Below are positions 19,794 to 29,280 of a stretch of DNA of 64,000 nt, in pieces. Both the position numbers and the translations under genes were made by a program. Source of the DNA: an uncultured delta proteobacterium. GTDB taxonomy: Bacteria > Desulfobacterota > Desulfobaccia > Desulfobaccales > 0-14-0-80-60-11. The notes beneath the pieces are model-generated. The model was given only the letters and a program-made list of their open reading frames with translations. It was not told where the DNA came from and ran no database searches. The stretch lies in NCBI GenBank assembly GCA_963797235.1, contig CAWCOX010000008.1:229114-293113 (forward strand), written 5' to 3'. Numbering within the stretch: position 1 is the stretch's first letter; each line of letters begins with the position of its first letter.

Positions 19794-19809
19794 ACCGCCC
19801 CTTTTTTTT
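19780..19809 (+). terminator. Intrinsic terminator (REP-like hairpin) overlapping the LDT stop
   Basis: GGGGCGGTT-CCTA-AACCGCCCC followed by T8. Confidence 0.7.
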
Positions 19810-20152
19810 GCCAACGTTGCCCTCAGCCGTTGCCTTGGAAAATAATTGGCATACCGATTGGCGACCAAATGACTTTTATTCCGGTGACGCCGGCGCTCGC
19901 CAGTGCGACGCAGGCTAAAGCCTGCGGCTACCAGAGATAACCGTGGGGATGCGAGTAGAGCCGGCAAGTCAGCCGCCCCCAGGCTTGAAGGCCATTTCGG
20001 CGGCACGGTACGAGGGCCGTACCCTGCCAATGGGAAAGAGATGGACATGCCTTGCTTCCTGAACGCGCTCCGGCAGCCCAGGCGATCTGGACCGGGTCGC
20101 GGCCGGCAGGGGCCGGTGAAGCAGGGAAATCCGGATCGCCGGACCACCCGCA

Positions 20153-20203
20153 AAAAGACAGAAGGTGTGGTGGGCTCGAAGCCCAATCCACACCCTCTTC
20201 TTT
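20153..20203 (-). terminator. Probable terminator for the lipoprotein genes
   Basis: Imperfect stem GAAGGTGTGG-TGGGCT-CGA-AGCCCA-ATCCACACCCTC flanked by A/T runs. Confidence 0.5.
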
Positions 20204-20240
20204 GAAACCGGGGCATAAACCCCAAATAACTACTGTTGAA

Positions 20241-20612
20241 TTACATTGCTTTTTTGGCCTTTTTGGCCGGTGGGCATTTGACGGCTCTCTTGTGATGCTT
20301 AGCCTTCTTATGGCCCTTATACGGTTTTACCATGGCACAGCACTTTTCTGCCGCGTCTTCGGCCCTGGCGGCGGCCGCTTCAGCCTTGTTGGCTGCAGCG
20401 GAGGCGCGAGGTACTGGGACTTTGGCATCTTGTGCGGCCGCTTCAGCCTTTACTACCGACGCGGCTGCCCGATCTGCAGAAGCCTTAGCTTGCTCCATGT
20501 ACATCTTGCACTGATCATAGTACTTTTGGCAGCAGCCAGCAGGACCTCCCAGCACCAGGGCAAAGACCGCGAGGAGAGCCAAGGCATAGCCTTTTCTCAT
20601 CGCCTTCCTCAT
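20241..20612 (-). CDS. Alanine-zipper lipoprotein paralog with Cys pairs and basic Lys/His tail
   Basis: Signal peptide and lipobox-like PAGC; KASADRAAAS...KAEAAAARAEDAAEKCC; similar to 20672-20965. Confidence 0.78.
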   Translation of the reverse strand: MRKAMRKGYALALLAVFALVLGGPAGCCQKYYDQCKMYMEQAKASADRAAASVVKAEAAAQDAKVPVPRASAAANKAEAAAARAEDAAEKCCAMVKPYKGHKKAKHHKRAVKCPPAKKAKKAM

Positions 20613-20671
20613 CGATTACCCCCTTCGGAGAGAATTTTTCACTCTCCATCTAGTCTGTCAAACCCCGGGTG

Positions 20672-20965
20672 CTACTTCCGCATCTTCTTCATCAGGCAGG
20701 CCTCAGCCTTTGCAGCTGCAGCCTCAGCCCGATCAGCCGCCGCCTCAGCCTTGTCAGCCGAAGCTTTCGCGTCTGCCGCCGCCATTTCGGCGTTCCGTGC
20801 CGCGGTGTCTGCCTTAGCAGCCGAAGCCGCCGCTTGATCGGCGTACATCTTGGCTTCGTCTACGTTTTTCTTGCAGGCGTCGCAGCAGCCTCCCACCATG
20901 GCGATAACAAATGCCATGATGATGGCCAGAGCAAACCCCTTCCTTACCAAAGCTTTCCTCATCAT
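20672..20965 (-). CDS. Lpp/OprI-like alanine-zipper outer-membrane lipoprotein
   Basis: Lipobox VGGC, Ala-rich heptads, C-terminal ...KKMRK; strong RBS AAGGGGGG. Confidence 0.82.
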   Translation of the reverse strand: MMRKALVRKGFALAIIMAFVIAMVGGCCDACKKNVDEAKMYADQAAASAAKADTAARNAEMAAADAKASADKAEAAADRAEAAAAKAEACLMKKMRK

Positions 20966-21225
20966 CTATCCCCCCTTCTCAAAGAGATGGTTAAAGGTTA
21001 AAGATGCGCACATTTAATAACAGCGGACCGAAAATATCAAGAAAAATATGGCCCCGGAACGATTTTTTTTACGTTTAGCCTTTACCGGCGCTCATAAGTT
21101 CCTGATTCTGATAAAATATAAGAACGGGTTTTTGGAATTTCAAGAAAAATTATGCATAATGACAATTTTTTTATTCCGCCTAACCGGGGTTTAGCACTTA
21201 TCTATTTGATTTATCTATCAATAAA

Positions 21226-23964
21226 TTAATCTTGCCTTTTTTCATAGGGGGACATTTCCCCCCAATTTTTTCCGACCCGCAAATCCACCGCCAGGGGCAC
21301 CTTCAGGTCAACCACCCCCGGCATGAGCCGGCGCACCAGCCTGGCGGTGGCCGCCAGTTCCGTTTCCGGCACCTCGAAGAGCAATTCATCATGGATCTGC
21401 AGCAGCATGTGGCCGGTCAGACCGGTGGACTCCAAGGCGGACTCCGCCGCCAGCATGGCCTCTTTGATGATGTCCGCGGCGGTGCCCTGGAGAGGCGTAT
21501 TGATGGCGGCCCGCTCGGCCTCCTGGCGCAGGATGCGGTTGGCGCTTTGCAGTTGGGGGGTGCGGCGCCGGCGCCCCAGCAGGGTGGAGACCCAGCCCCG
21601 CTCCCGGGCCGCTTCCAGGGTTTCCTCCAGGTAGGCCTTGACCCGGGTGTGCCGGGCGAAATAGCGTTGGATAAAGTCCGCCGCCACCCGCTGGGGCACT
21701 CCCATCTGCTTGGCCAGGCCGAAGGGGCTGATGCCGTAAATGATGCCGAAGTTCACCACCTTGGCCTGGCGCCGCATTTCCGAGGTCACCAGTTCCGGAT
21801 GGATGCCGAAGACCTCCGCCGCGGTCTGCCGGTGGATGTCGATCCCTTCCCGGAAGGCCTTCAAGAGGATCGGATCTTCGGAAAAGTGGGCCAGGATTCT
21901 GAGTTCCATCTGGGAGTAATCCGCGCCCAGGAAGACGTGGCCCGGGTCCGGGATGAAGGCCTGGCGTACCTGCCCCCCCAGTTCGCCCCGCACCGGGATG
22001 TTTTGCAAATTTGGGTCCCGGCTGGAGAGGCGACCCGTGGCCGCCACCGATTGCACGAAGGTGGTGTGAATCCGGCTGGTGGCTGGGTCGACCAGCTTCA
22101 AGAGGGCGTCCACATAGGTTGACTTGAGTTTGCCCATGGTGCGGTATTCCAGGATCTTGGCCGGCAGCGGGTGGGCCGCGGCCAGGGTCTGGAGCACCTC
22201 CACGTCGGTGGACAGGGCCTTGCCCTTGGTCTTTTTCTGGGGGGTGAGGTTAAGCTTTTCAAAGAGAATCCGGCCCAGCTGCTGAGGAGAATTGATCAGG
22301 AACTCCTCTCCGGCCAGGTGGTAGATTTCCCCCTCCAGGCGCTGCATGCCGGTTTCCAGGTCCTGGCCGAAGCGCCGGAGATAATCCTGGTCCAGACCTA
22401 TACCTAAGGCCTCCATGCGGGCCAGAATGGCCAACAGGGGCAATTCCAGGCGGGCGTAAAGCTCCCATAAGCCTTCCCGCTCCAGTTCGGCCTTTAGGAG
22501 AGGCCAGAGCTGCAGGGCGGCTTCGGCCCGGGCGGCGCCGTAGACGCAGCCCAGGTCCGGGGGCAGGTCCACCGCGCCCAGGGGACGGCCGGCCAGTTCG
22601 CGGGGGCCGGCCAGATTGAGCCCCAGGTAGTGCAGGGCGACGTTCTCCAGGTTCTGCTCATAGCGGGCCGGGTCCAGCAGGTAAGAGGCCAGGAGGATAT
22701 CGCCGGTGAGACCGGCGGGCTGGTGGCCGAAACGACCGGCGAGCAGCGAAGCCGCCTTGAGGTCTGGACTCACCTTGGCCACCGCCGGGTCGGACCATAA
22801 AGGCCCGAGGACCTGCCAGACGGCGGCGGCCGTCAGCTCGGAAGACGAGCCTCCGGACCTTTCGAAAAGCGGGCCTGCCGACAGCTCGTCGAGCGGGCCT
22901 GGCTCCGGCTCCGGCGCAAAGGGCACGTAGGCCGCGGCCCCGGCCTGCCAGGCCAGGGCCACCCCGGCCAGGGGCGCCAGGACCGGATGCTGGTCGCCCT
23001 GTAAGAAGAAGAGGCCCATGGTCCCGGCGGCGCGGATCTGCGCGGACAGATGCGCCAAATCCTCCCGGGTGCGGAGCAGCAGGCAGGTCTCCGGCGGCCG
23101 GGTGTCAAAGCCCAGCTCTTTGACCAGCTTGTTGAATTCCAACTCCACGAACAGCCGCCGCAGGCCCTCCCGGTCGGGCGGGCCGGGCTGCAGGGCCTCC
23201 AGGTCCACCTCCAGGGGAACGGCGCACTCCAGCACGGTCAGGCGGCGGCTCAGGCGCGCCTGCTCGGCGTGCTCGGTTAATTTTTCTCTTAAAGACTTTT
23301 GCTTGATTTCGTCGACGTGGGCCAGCAGATTTTCCAGGCTGTGATATTCGGCGATCAGCTTCAGGGCGGTCTTTTCGCCGATACCCGGCACCCCGGGGAT
23401 ATTGTCGCTGGCGTCCCCGGCCAGGGCCCGGACCTCGACGAGTTCCTCCGGGGTGAGGCCATACTTCTCCCGGATGGCCGCCGGGTCGTAGCGCACCTCC
23501 TTCATCGGGTCCCACATGTCCACCCCTTCCTGCACCAGGGGCAGCAGGTCCTTGTCGCCGGTGATGATCTCCACCTGGAAGCCCTGGGCCCGGGCCCGGT
23601 GCACCAGGGTGCAGATCAGGTCGTCGGCCTCGAAGCCCTCGAGGCGCAGGGAAGGCAACTGGAAGCCGTCGATGATCTTCTGGATATAAGGGAGCTGCAT
23701 GACCAGCTCTTCCGGCATACCGGGGCGGTGGGCCTTGTATTCGGGAAAGTCGAGGTGCCGCTGGGTGGGCCCCTTGCTGTCGAAGACCAGGGCCAGGTAG
23801 TGGGGCTGGCGCTCCTTGATCACCTTGAGGAGCATGGTAGTGACGCCGTAGGCGGCGTTGGTGGGCAAGCCCTTGGAAGTGCTGAGCCCGCGGATGGCAT
23901 GGAAGGCCCGGTAGAAATAGGAACTGATATCGATGAGATAGAGTATCCGGGGTGCGTCGGCCAT
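21226..23964 (-). CDS. polA: DNA polymerase I
   Basis: 5'-3' exonuclease (YRAFHA, EADD, GDASDNIPGVPGIGEKTA); polymerase motifs DYSQMELR, RRQAKVVNFGIIYG, QIHDEL. Confidence 0.97.
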   Translation of the reverse strand: MADAPRILYLIDISSYFYRAFHAIRGLSTSKGLPTNAAYGVTTMLLKVIKERQPHYLALVFDSKGPTQRHLDFPEYKAHRPGMPEELVMQLPYIQKIIDGFQLPSLRLEGFEADDLICTLVHRARAQGFQVEIITGDKDLLPLVQEGVDMWDPMKEVRYDPAAIREKYGLTPEELVEVRALAGDASDNIPGVPGIGEKTALKLIAEYHSLENLLAHVDEIKQKSLREKLTEHAEQARLSRRLTVLECAVPLEVDLEALQPGPPDREGLRRLFVELEFNKLVKELGFDTRPPETCLLLRTREDLAHLSAQIRAAGTMGLFFLQGDQHPVLAPLAGVALAWQAGAAAYVPFAPEPEPGPLDELSAGPLFERSGGSSSELTAAAVWQVLGPLWSDPAVAKVSPDLKAASLLAGRFGHQPAGLTGDILLASYLLDPARYEQNLENVALHYLGLNLAGPRELAGRPLGAVDLPPDLGCVYGAARAEAALQLWPLLKAELEREGLWELYARLELPLLAILARMEALGIGLDQDYLRRFGQDLETGMQRLEGEIYHLAGEEFLINSPQQLGRILFEKLNLTPQKKTKGKALSTDVEVLQTLAAAHPLPAKILEYRTMGKLKSTYVDALLKLVDPATSRIHTTFVQSVAATGRLSSRDPNLQNIPVRGELGGQVRQAFIPDPGHVFLGADYSQMELRILAHFSEDPILLKAFREGIDIHRQTAAEVFGIHPELVTSEMRRQAKVVNFGIIYGISPFGLAKQMGVPQRVAADFIQRYFARHTRVKAYLEETLEAARERGWVSTLLGRRRRTPQLQSANRILRQEAERAAINTPLQGTAADIIKEAMLAAESALESTGLTGHMLLQIHDELLFEVPETELAATARLVRRLMPGVVDLKVPLAVDLRVGKNWGEMSPYEKRQD

Positions 23965-24121
23965 AATCGCCCTCCGGTTCACTTATAATCCCCGCGCCCG
24001 ATCTTTGTCAATGACTGCGGGGAAGAGATGGATCTCACGCCAAGACGCCAGGGCGCCAAGCAAGGCGCAAAAATGCAGAAAGGCAAGCCGGGCACTGAGG
24101 CCCGCCCCACCAAAGCTGATA

Positions 24122-24403
24122 TTAATATGTGAAGGCCCGGATAAGCGTGGGCGTGCCCAGCAATTGGTCGACTTCCTGCTGAATTTTTTGCCTTTCCGGG
24201 TGCTGGAACCATTCCTGCCAGTGCTCCAAGGACTCCCAGGCGCTGATTACCAGGTAATGGTTGGGGTCATCCACCGCGTGCAGGGTCTCCCCGGAGATGT
24301 AACCGGGCTGCTGCATGGCCAGTACCCGCATCTGCCTCATCAATAATACGGCCTCCTTGACATGCTTGCCCCGGATCGTCCTCTCGAGCACCACCTTGAT
24401 CAT
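24122..24403 (-). CDS. Antibiotic biosynthesis monooxygenase (ABM) family protein
   Basis: QQPGYISGETL, YLVISAWESLEHWQEW; GGGAGG RBS. Confidence 0.85.
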   Translation of the reverse strand: MIKVVLERTIRGKHVKEAVLLMRQMRVLAMQQPGYISGETLHAVDDPNHYLVISAWESLEHWQEWFQHPERQKIQQEVDQLLGTPTLIRAFTY

Positions 24404-24689
24404 GGCTGCCTCCCGGCGTAGAGGTCTAATCGGCCTGCACCCCAGCCGTAATATGGCAGAGTGCGCCCGGCGCTCCAATAGGTGGCGGGCGAGACGCCCG
24501 CCCCACCAAAGCATTTTGGGCCTTGGCGTGAGGCCGATCTTCAAGTCAGCGGGGCCACGCCTGCTCAACCCGCCGCTGCCTCAGAATATAAGGATGATCG
24601 CGGGGAAATCCAGGGTTCGTTCAACTTCAAGCTATTGAGAGGGGCGCGGTCCTGTGTTATGATAAAAAATCGGGGAGTTGGGTGCTTTG

Positions 24690-25853
24690 ATGGTCAAGTT
24701 AGCGGAACTGCGTCAAATTTTGGACCGGCAGGAGGAGGGGTGGCTCTCGCCCTACGCCGCCCGGTCCACCCAGGCCATCCGCCGGCGTTTTGAGGAGTCC
24801 ATTGCCCGGGGCCACCGCCAGGATTTCGCGGTGGACGCCGACCGCATCCTCCACTCCCGGGCCTACACCCGGTACATCGATAAGACCCAGGTCTTTTACC
24901 TGATCGACCACGAGCACATCAGCCACCGGGTGCTGCACGTGCAGCTCCTCTCCAAGATCGCCCGGACCATCGGCAAGTTTCTGCGCCTGAACGAAGACCT
25001 GCTGGAGGCCATCGCCCTGGGGCACGATATCGGCCACCCGCCCTTCGGCCATGACGGTGAGCGCATCCTTTCGGCCCTCTGCCGGGCCCAGGGCATCGGT
25101 CCCTTTCTCCACAGCATCCAGGGAGTGCGGTTTCTCGAGCGCCTGGAGAAGAACGGCCGCGGCCTCAACCTGTCGCTGCAGGTGCTGGACGGCATCCTGA
25201 GCCATGATGGCGAGACCCATCTGGAACGCCTCTCGCCGGAGCGGGACAAGACCTTCGCCGACCTGGAGGAGGACATCCGCCGCAAGCTGGCGGACCCGGG
25301 GGTCTCCTTGAAGCCCATGACCCTGGAGGGCTGCGTGGTGCGGCTGGCCGACACCATCAGTTACATCGGGCGGGACCTGGAGGACGCCATCACCCTCAAC
25401 CTGGTGCACCGGGAGGAGTTGCCCGCTGAGGTGGCCCTGCGCCTGGGCCGCACCAACGGCGCCATCATTTATGCCCTGGTGACGGACCTGATCACCCATA
25501 GTTTCGAGAAGAACTACGTGGGTTACAGCCCCGAGGTGGGAGCCCTGCTGAAGCGGCTCAAGGAATTCAATTACGCGCGGATTTATGACAATCCCCTCAT
25601 CAAAGGCGAGACGGCCAAGATCGAGGGTCTGTTCGAGCGTCTGTTCCAGCAGTTTTTGACGGATATTGCGACAGAGCGCCGCGCTTCGCCCATCTGGACG
25701 GATTTTCTGGCCCCCATGGACCCGGCATATCTTACGTCCCACCAGCCGGCGGAAATCGTGCGGGATTTTCTGGCCTCCATGACCGACGCCAACTTCCTGC
25801 GCATCTCCCAGGAACTTTTCTTCCCGCAGCGCCTGCGCGAGGGGTTTGCTTGA
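24690..25853 (+). CDS. HD-domain dNTP triphosphohydrolase-like protein (Dgt-like)
   Basis: DRILHS, KTQVF, HRVLH, ALGHDIGHPPFGHDGE, DFLASMTD. Confidence 0.85.
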   Translation: MVKLAELRQILDRQEEGWLSPYAARSTQAIRRRFEESIARGHRQDFAVDADRILHSRAYTRYIDKTQVFYLIDHEHISHRVLHVQLLSKIARTIGKFLRLNEDLLEAIALGHDIGHPPFGHDGERILSALCRAQGIGPFLHSIQGVRFLERLEKNGRGLNLSLQVLDGILSHDGETHLERLSPERDKTFADLEEDIRRKLADPGVSLKPMTLEGCVVRLADTISYIGRDLEDAITLNLVHREELPAEVALRLGRTNGAIIYALVTDLITHSFEKNYVGYSPEVGALLKRLKEFNYARIYDNPLIKGETAKIEGLFERLFQQFLTDIATERRASPIWTDFLAPMDPAYLTSHQPAEIVRDFLASMTDANFLRISQELFFPQRLREGFA

Positions 25854-25860
25854 GGCCGCC

Positions 25861-26623
25861 ATGCTGGTCATGACCTTTAACCTCCGATTTGCCACGCCCC
25901 TGGACGGGCCAAATGAGTGGGAGCAGCGCAAGGACCTGGCGGTGGAGGTCATCCGGCGGCAGGCTCCCGACCTGCTGGCCACCCAGGAAGGCACCACGGC
26001 CATGCTGCGTTTCCTCGAGGCGGAACTGACGGAATACCGGCCGCTGACGGCCCAACGCCCGGTGGACGAGACCTGCCAGTATCCCACCATTTTTTACCGG
26101 GCCGGTCGTTTCACGGTGCATGAGAGCCGGGAGTTCTGGCTGTCCCAGACCCCGGAGGTACACCGCAGTTGCAGATTGGGGCAGCGCCTTTCCCCGGATG
26201 GTCACCTCCGGCCTCCTGCAGGAAGCGGGGCGGTCCGAAACCTTTTACTTGATCAATACCCACCTGGATAACGTCTCCCAGGAGGCCCGCCTCCGGGGGG
26301 CCAGGATGATCCGCGACTATTTTAAGCCATTGGGCCGGCCCCTGATCCTGGCCGGAGACTTCAACGAATCCCCGGATGAGGCCGTCTATCAGGAGTTAAT
26401 CGGGGATGGCGGGCCTTTCCTCGACACCTGGCGGGCCCGGCACGCTCCGGGAGAGGAAGCCACCACCCAGCACTATTTTAATGGTGAGCCCCGAGGGGGC
26501 AGGATCGATTGGATCCTGGTGACCCCGGGCTTTCGGGTGCGCCGGGTGGCCATCATCACCGCTAATCGGGATAGCCGCTATCCTTCCGATCATTTTCCAT
26601 ATGAAGCAGAGGTGGATTATTAG
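25861..26623 (+). pseudogene. Endonuclease/exonuclease/phosphatase family gene split by a +1 frameshift near 26170
   Basis: MTFNLR, TQEG and FWLSQTP in one frame; DWGSAFPRM, NTHLD, AGDFN, IDWI and YPSDHFP in the next frame. Confidence 0.75.
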
Positions 26624-27604
26624 ATGAAGCGCTTGTGGTCATTATCCATGGTCGTGATTTTCCTGGCGGTGGCTGCCGCGGCGGCGACCGCCGCTACGCC
26701 GCCGCTCTACCATCAGGTGGTGGGCGGCATAGAGGAATTCGAGTACACGGGTAACCCCCCGATAACCATCCTGGCCGCGGAAAAAGGGGTAAAGGCTACG
26801 GTGGTGATTCGGCAGAACCGCATAAAAGGCCAAAGGATCAAAAAAGGCCAGTGCTTGAAGATCAACACCAGGCACATCGTCCCGACAGAGGTGGAAAACG
26901 GCTTTGTCATCAACCTGCCGGAGTTGTTGCTGTACCACTTCAACAATGGCGTTTACCAGCGGCGCTATACCCTGGCCATTGGCAAGCCGAGCTGGCCGAC
27001 CCCCACCGGGACCTACAAGATCGAGGAGAAGCGCGAGAATCCCGTCTGGAATGTCCCGCCGTCCATCCAGGAGGAGATGGAGGAAGAGGGCCTGGAGGTG
27101 AAGGCCAAGGTACCCCCGGGTCCGAAAAATCCCCTGGGCAAGTTCTATATGCAGACCTCCGCCACCGGGGTGGGCATCCACGCCACCAACCGGCCCTGGA
27201 GCGTGGGCTCCTTCGTCTCCCACGGTTGCATGCGCATGCTGCCCAGCGAGATCTCCCAACTCTTTCCCCAGGTGCGGGTGGGCATGCCCGTAAAGATCAT
27301 CTACCGGCCCATCAAGCTGGCGGTAACGAACGAGGGGCGGGTTTATCTGGAGGTCCATCCCAACATCTACCAATGGGAATTTAACCCCAAAGAGTATGTC
27401 GAGGATATGGCGGAGTATTATCAGATCAGCGACCGCATCGACTGGGATAAGGTCCCGGCCATCCTGAAGGCGAAGGAAGGCATTGCCCGGGAAGTCACCA
27501 AAGGTTCGCCGGCGCCCCTGCCCGACGCCCTGCCGGCGGCTGCCGGCAGCCCCAAGGAGGTCCGGCTTTCCCCTTTACAGGTTCCCAAGGCTGCGGTAGA
27601 ATAA
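26624..27604 (+). CDS. L,D-transpeptidase (second copy)
   Basis: Signal peptide, INLPEL, TPTG, PPGPKNPLG, GIHATN...SHGCMRM. Confidence 0.92.
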   Translation: MKRLWSLSMVVIFLAVAAAAATAATPPLYHQVVGGIEEFEYTGNPPITILAAEKGVKATVVIRQNRIKGQRIKKGQCLKINTRHIVPTEVENGFVINLPELLLYHFNNGVYQRRYTLAIGKPSWPTPTGTYKIEEKRENPVWNVPPSIQEEMEEEGLEVKAKVPPGPKNPLGKFYMQTSATGVGIHATNRPWSVGSFVSHGCMRMLPSEISQLFPQVRVGMPVKIIYRPIKLAVTNEGRVYLEVHPNIYQWEFNPKEYVEDMAEYYQISDRIDWDKVPAILKAKEGIAREVTKGSPAPLPDALPAAAGSPKEVRLSPLQVPKAAVE

Positions 27605-27670
27605 ATTTTTAAACAAGGTAGGGGCGGCTTTAACCCCCGCCCTTGCTGCGCCGATGCCCGGAGAACTCCC

Positions 27671-27928
27671 TTGCCTTATTGGGATGACCCCAACCGGCGG
27701 CAAGCTATTCGGGAAGAGAACCGCAAGCTCCGATACTTACGGTTTGTGGTGGACCTGGCCCTGGCTGAAATCCGGGCCGGGAGCTTCACCCTGGCGCAGG
27801 CGCAGCAGGTGGTGGAAAACATCCGGAGCCAGGCCTTGCAACTCTTCCCCGGCAAAGAGACCGCCTTTGAGTGGATCTACCGGCCCCGGTTTCACCGGGC
27901 CATCACGGAAACCTTTAGACTCCATTAA
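27671..27928 (+). CDS. Small hypothetical protein
   Basis: TTG start after GGAG; helical pattern EENRKLRYLRFVVD...LFPGKETAFEWIYRPRF. Confidence 0.6.
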   Translation: MPYWDDPNRRQAIREENRKLRYLRFVVDLALAEIRAGSFTLAQAQQVVENIRSQALQLFPGKETAFEWIYRPRFHRAITETFRLH

Positions 27929-27942
27929 ATAAAGGACGCCCT

Positions 27943-28491
27943 ATGATTCAGCCCCGCTATGTGTCCATCGTGTTCACCTGTTGCCTGCTCTTTGGGTTTA
28001 TCGGCGTGGCCCTGGCCCAGACCCCGCCCCCAGCCCAGCCTCAGCCCGCGAAACCGGCCTGCGGTCCGGATCACAAGATCCTCTATAAGCGGGCCGTAAC
28101 CCTGCTGGATAGCGCCGAGAAGAAGCTGAATTCCCGCTTCACCGCGGAAGCCAAGTCCATGGCTAAAGAGGCCAAGTCCCTGTTCGTCATCATCCAGAAG
28201 GAGTGCGGGCAGGATCAAAAAGAGCGGCCCCTGACCCCCAAGGAAGAGCAGCAGGAGGCCATCAATCAGAAGCTGTCGGCGGATGAGCAGGCCCAGGCCG
28301 AGAACCTGATGAAATCGGCTGAGGAAAAATTCAAGAAGGCCGAAAAACTGGAGACGACTCAGCCGGAGTTGTACTCCACCTTGATGCAACAGGCCAAGCT
28401 GGAGAATGAGCAGGCCCAGAAGCGCAGTATCAAGGCCATGATCTACTCCATGCGCACCGACCAGATGCTCTTTAGCTGGCTGGAGAAATGA
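27943..28491 (+). CDS. Secreted alpha-helical hypothetical protein
   Basis: Signal peptide ending ALA-Q, Pro-rich linker, two Cys, Lys/Glu-rich helices. Confidence 0.72.
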   Translation: MIQPRYVSIVFTCCLLFGFIGVALAQTPPPAQPQPAKPACGPDHKILYKRAVTLLDSAEKKLNSRFTAEAKSMAKEAKSLFVIIQKECGQDQKERPLTPKEEQQEAINQKLSADEQAQAENLMKSAEEKFKKAEKLETTQPELYSTLMQQAKLENEQAQKRSIKAMIYSMRTDQMLFSWLEK

Positions 28492-28547
28492 CCCAGAGGG
28501 TGAACCGTTAAGGGCGGGTTTTAAACCCCGCCCCAGCCGTTTTCACG

Positions 28548-29225
28548 GTGGCGTTGTTCTCCGGGGAGGGGCGGCCTTTGTCCCTAAGTATCTTCATGGA
28601 AGCCGTGGGGCCTTTTCGGGTGTTCACCTATCTGGTGGCCTGCCCGGAAAGTAAGGAGGCGCTTCTCCTCGACCCGGGCGGCCCGGCCCCGGTCCTGGCC
28701 AAACGCCTGGACCAAAAAGGCTGGCGGCTGCGCTGGATTGTCAACACCCACGGGCATGCCGATCATATCGCCGGCAATGATCTTTGGGCCGGGGCCACCG
28801 GGGCCGCCGTCGTCATCCACCGCTTGGACTGGGATTTCTTCCGCACGCCGGCGATGCAGGCCGCGGCCCGGGCCGAGGGCTTCCCGCCCCTGAGCCGGGC
28901 CGACCTGCTGGTGGCCGACGGCCACCGCCTGCCTCTCGGGGAGCATGAGGCCCTGGTCCTCCACACCCCGGGACACACCCCCGGCTCCATCTGCCTCTAT
29001 TTCCCCGGCCACCTCTTCACCGGCGATACCCTGTTCGTCGGGGCCGCAGGCCGCACCGACCTGGCCGGGGGCTCGCTGCCTCAGCTCATCGCCTCTCTGG
29101 AAGAAAAAATCATGCCCCTGCCGGACGCCACCCGCGTCTGGCCCGGCCACGACTACGGGGAGACCCCCACCTCCTTCCTGGGCCAGGAAAAGACCACTAA
29201 TCCCTACCTCACCGATTTCTTCTAA
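28548..29225 (+). CDS. Metallo-beta-lactamase-fold hydrolase (glyoxalase II-like)
   Basis: THGHADH, HTPGHTPGS, FTGDTLF, WPGHDY; start uncertain. Confidence 0.9.
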   Translation: MALFSGEGRPLSLSIFMEAVGPFRVFTYLVACPESKEALLLDPGGPAPVLAKRLDQKGWRLRWIVNTHGHADHIAGNDLWAGATGAAVVIHRLDWDFFRTPAMQAAARAEGFPPLSRADLLVADGHRLPLGEHEALVLHTPGHTPGSICLYFPGHLFTGDTLFVGAAGRTDLAGGSLPQLIASLEEKIMPLPDATRVWPGHDYGETPTSFLGQEKTTNPYLTDFF

Positions 29226-29280
29226 CCCGATTTTCCGTTTCATCTTGCATTCGAAAAATTTAGGACATACAAATTAACTA

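Noticed and set aside
19847-19862. Sigma54-like TGGCATACCGATTGGC
   Set aside because: The -12 element reads GG instead of GC at the required spacing, and no gene follows
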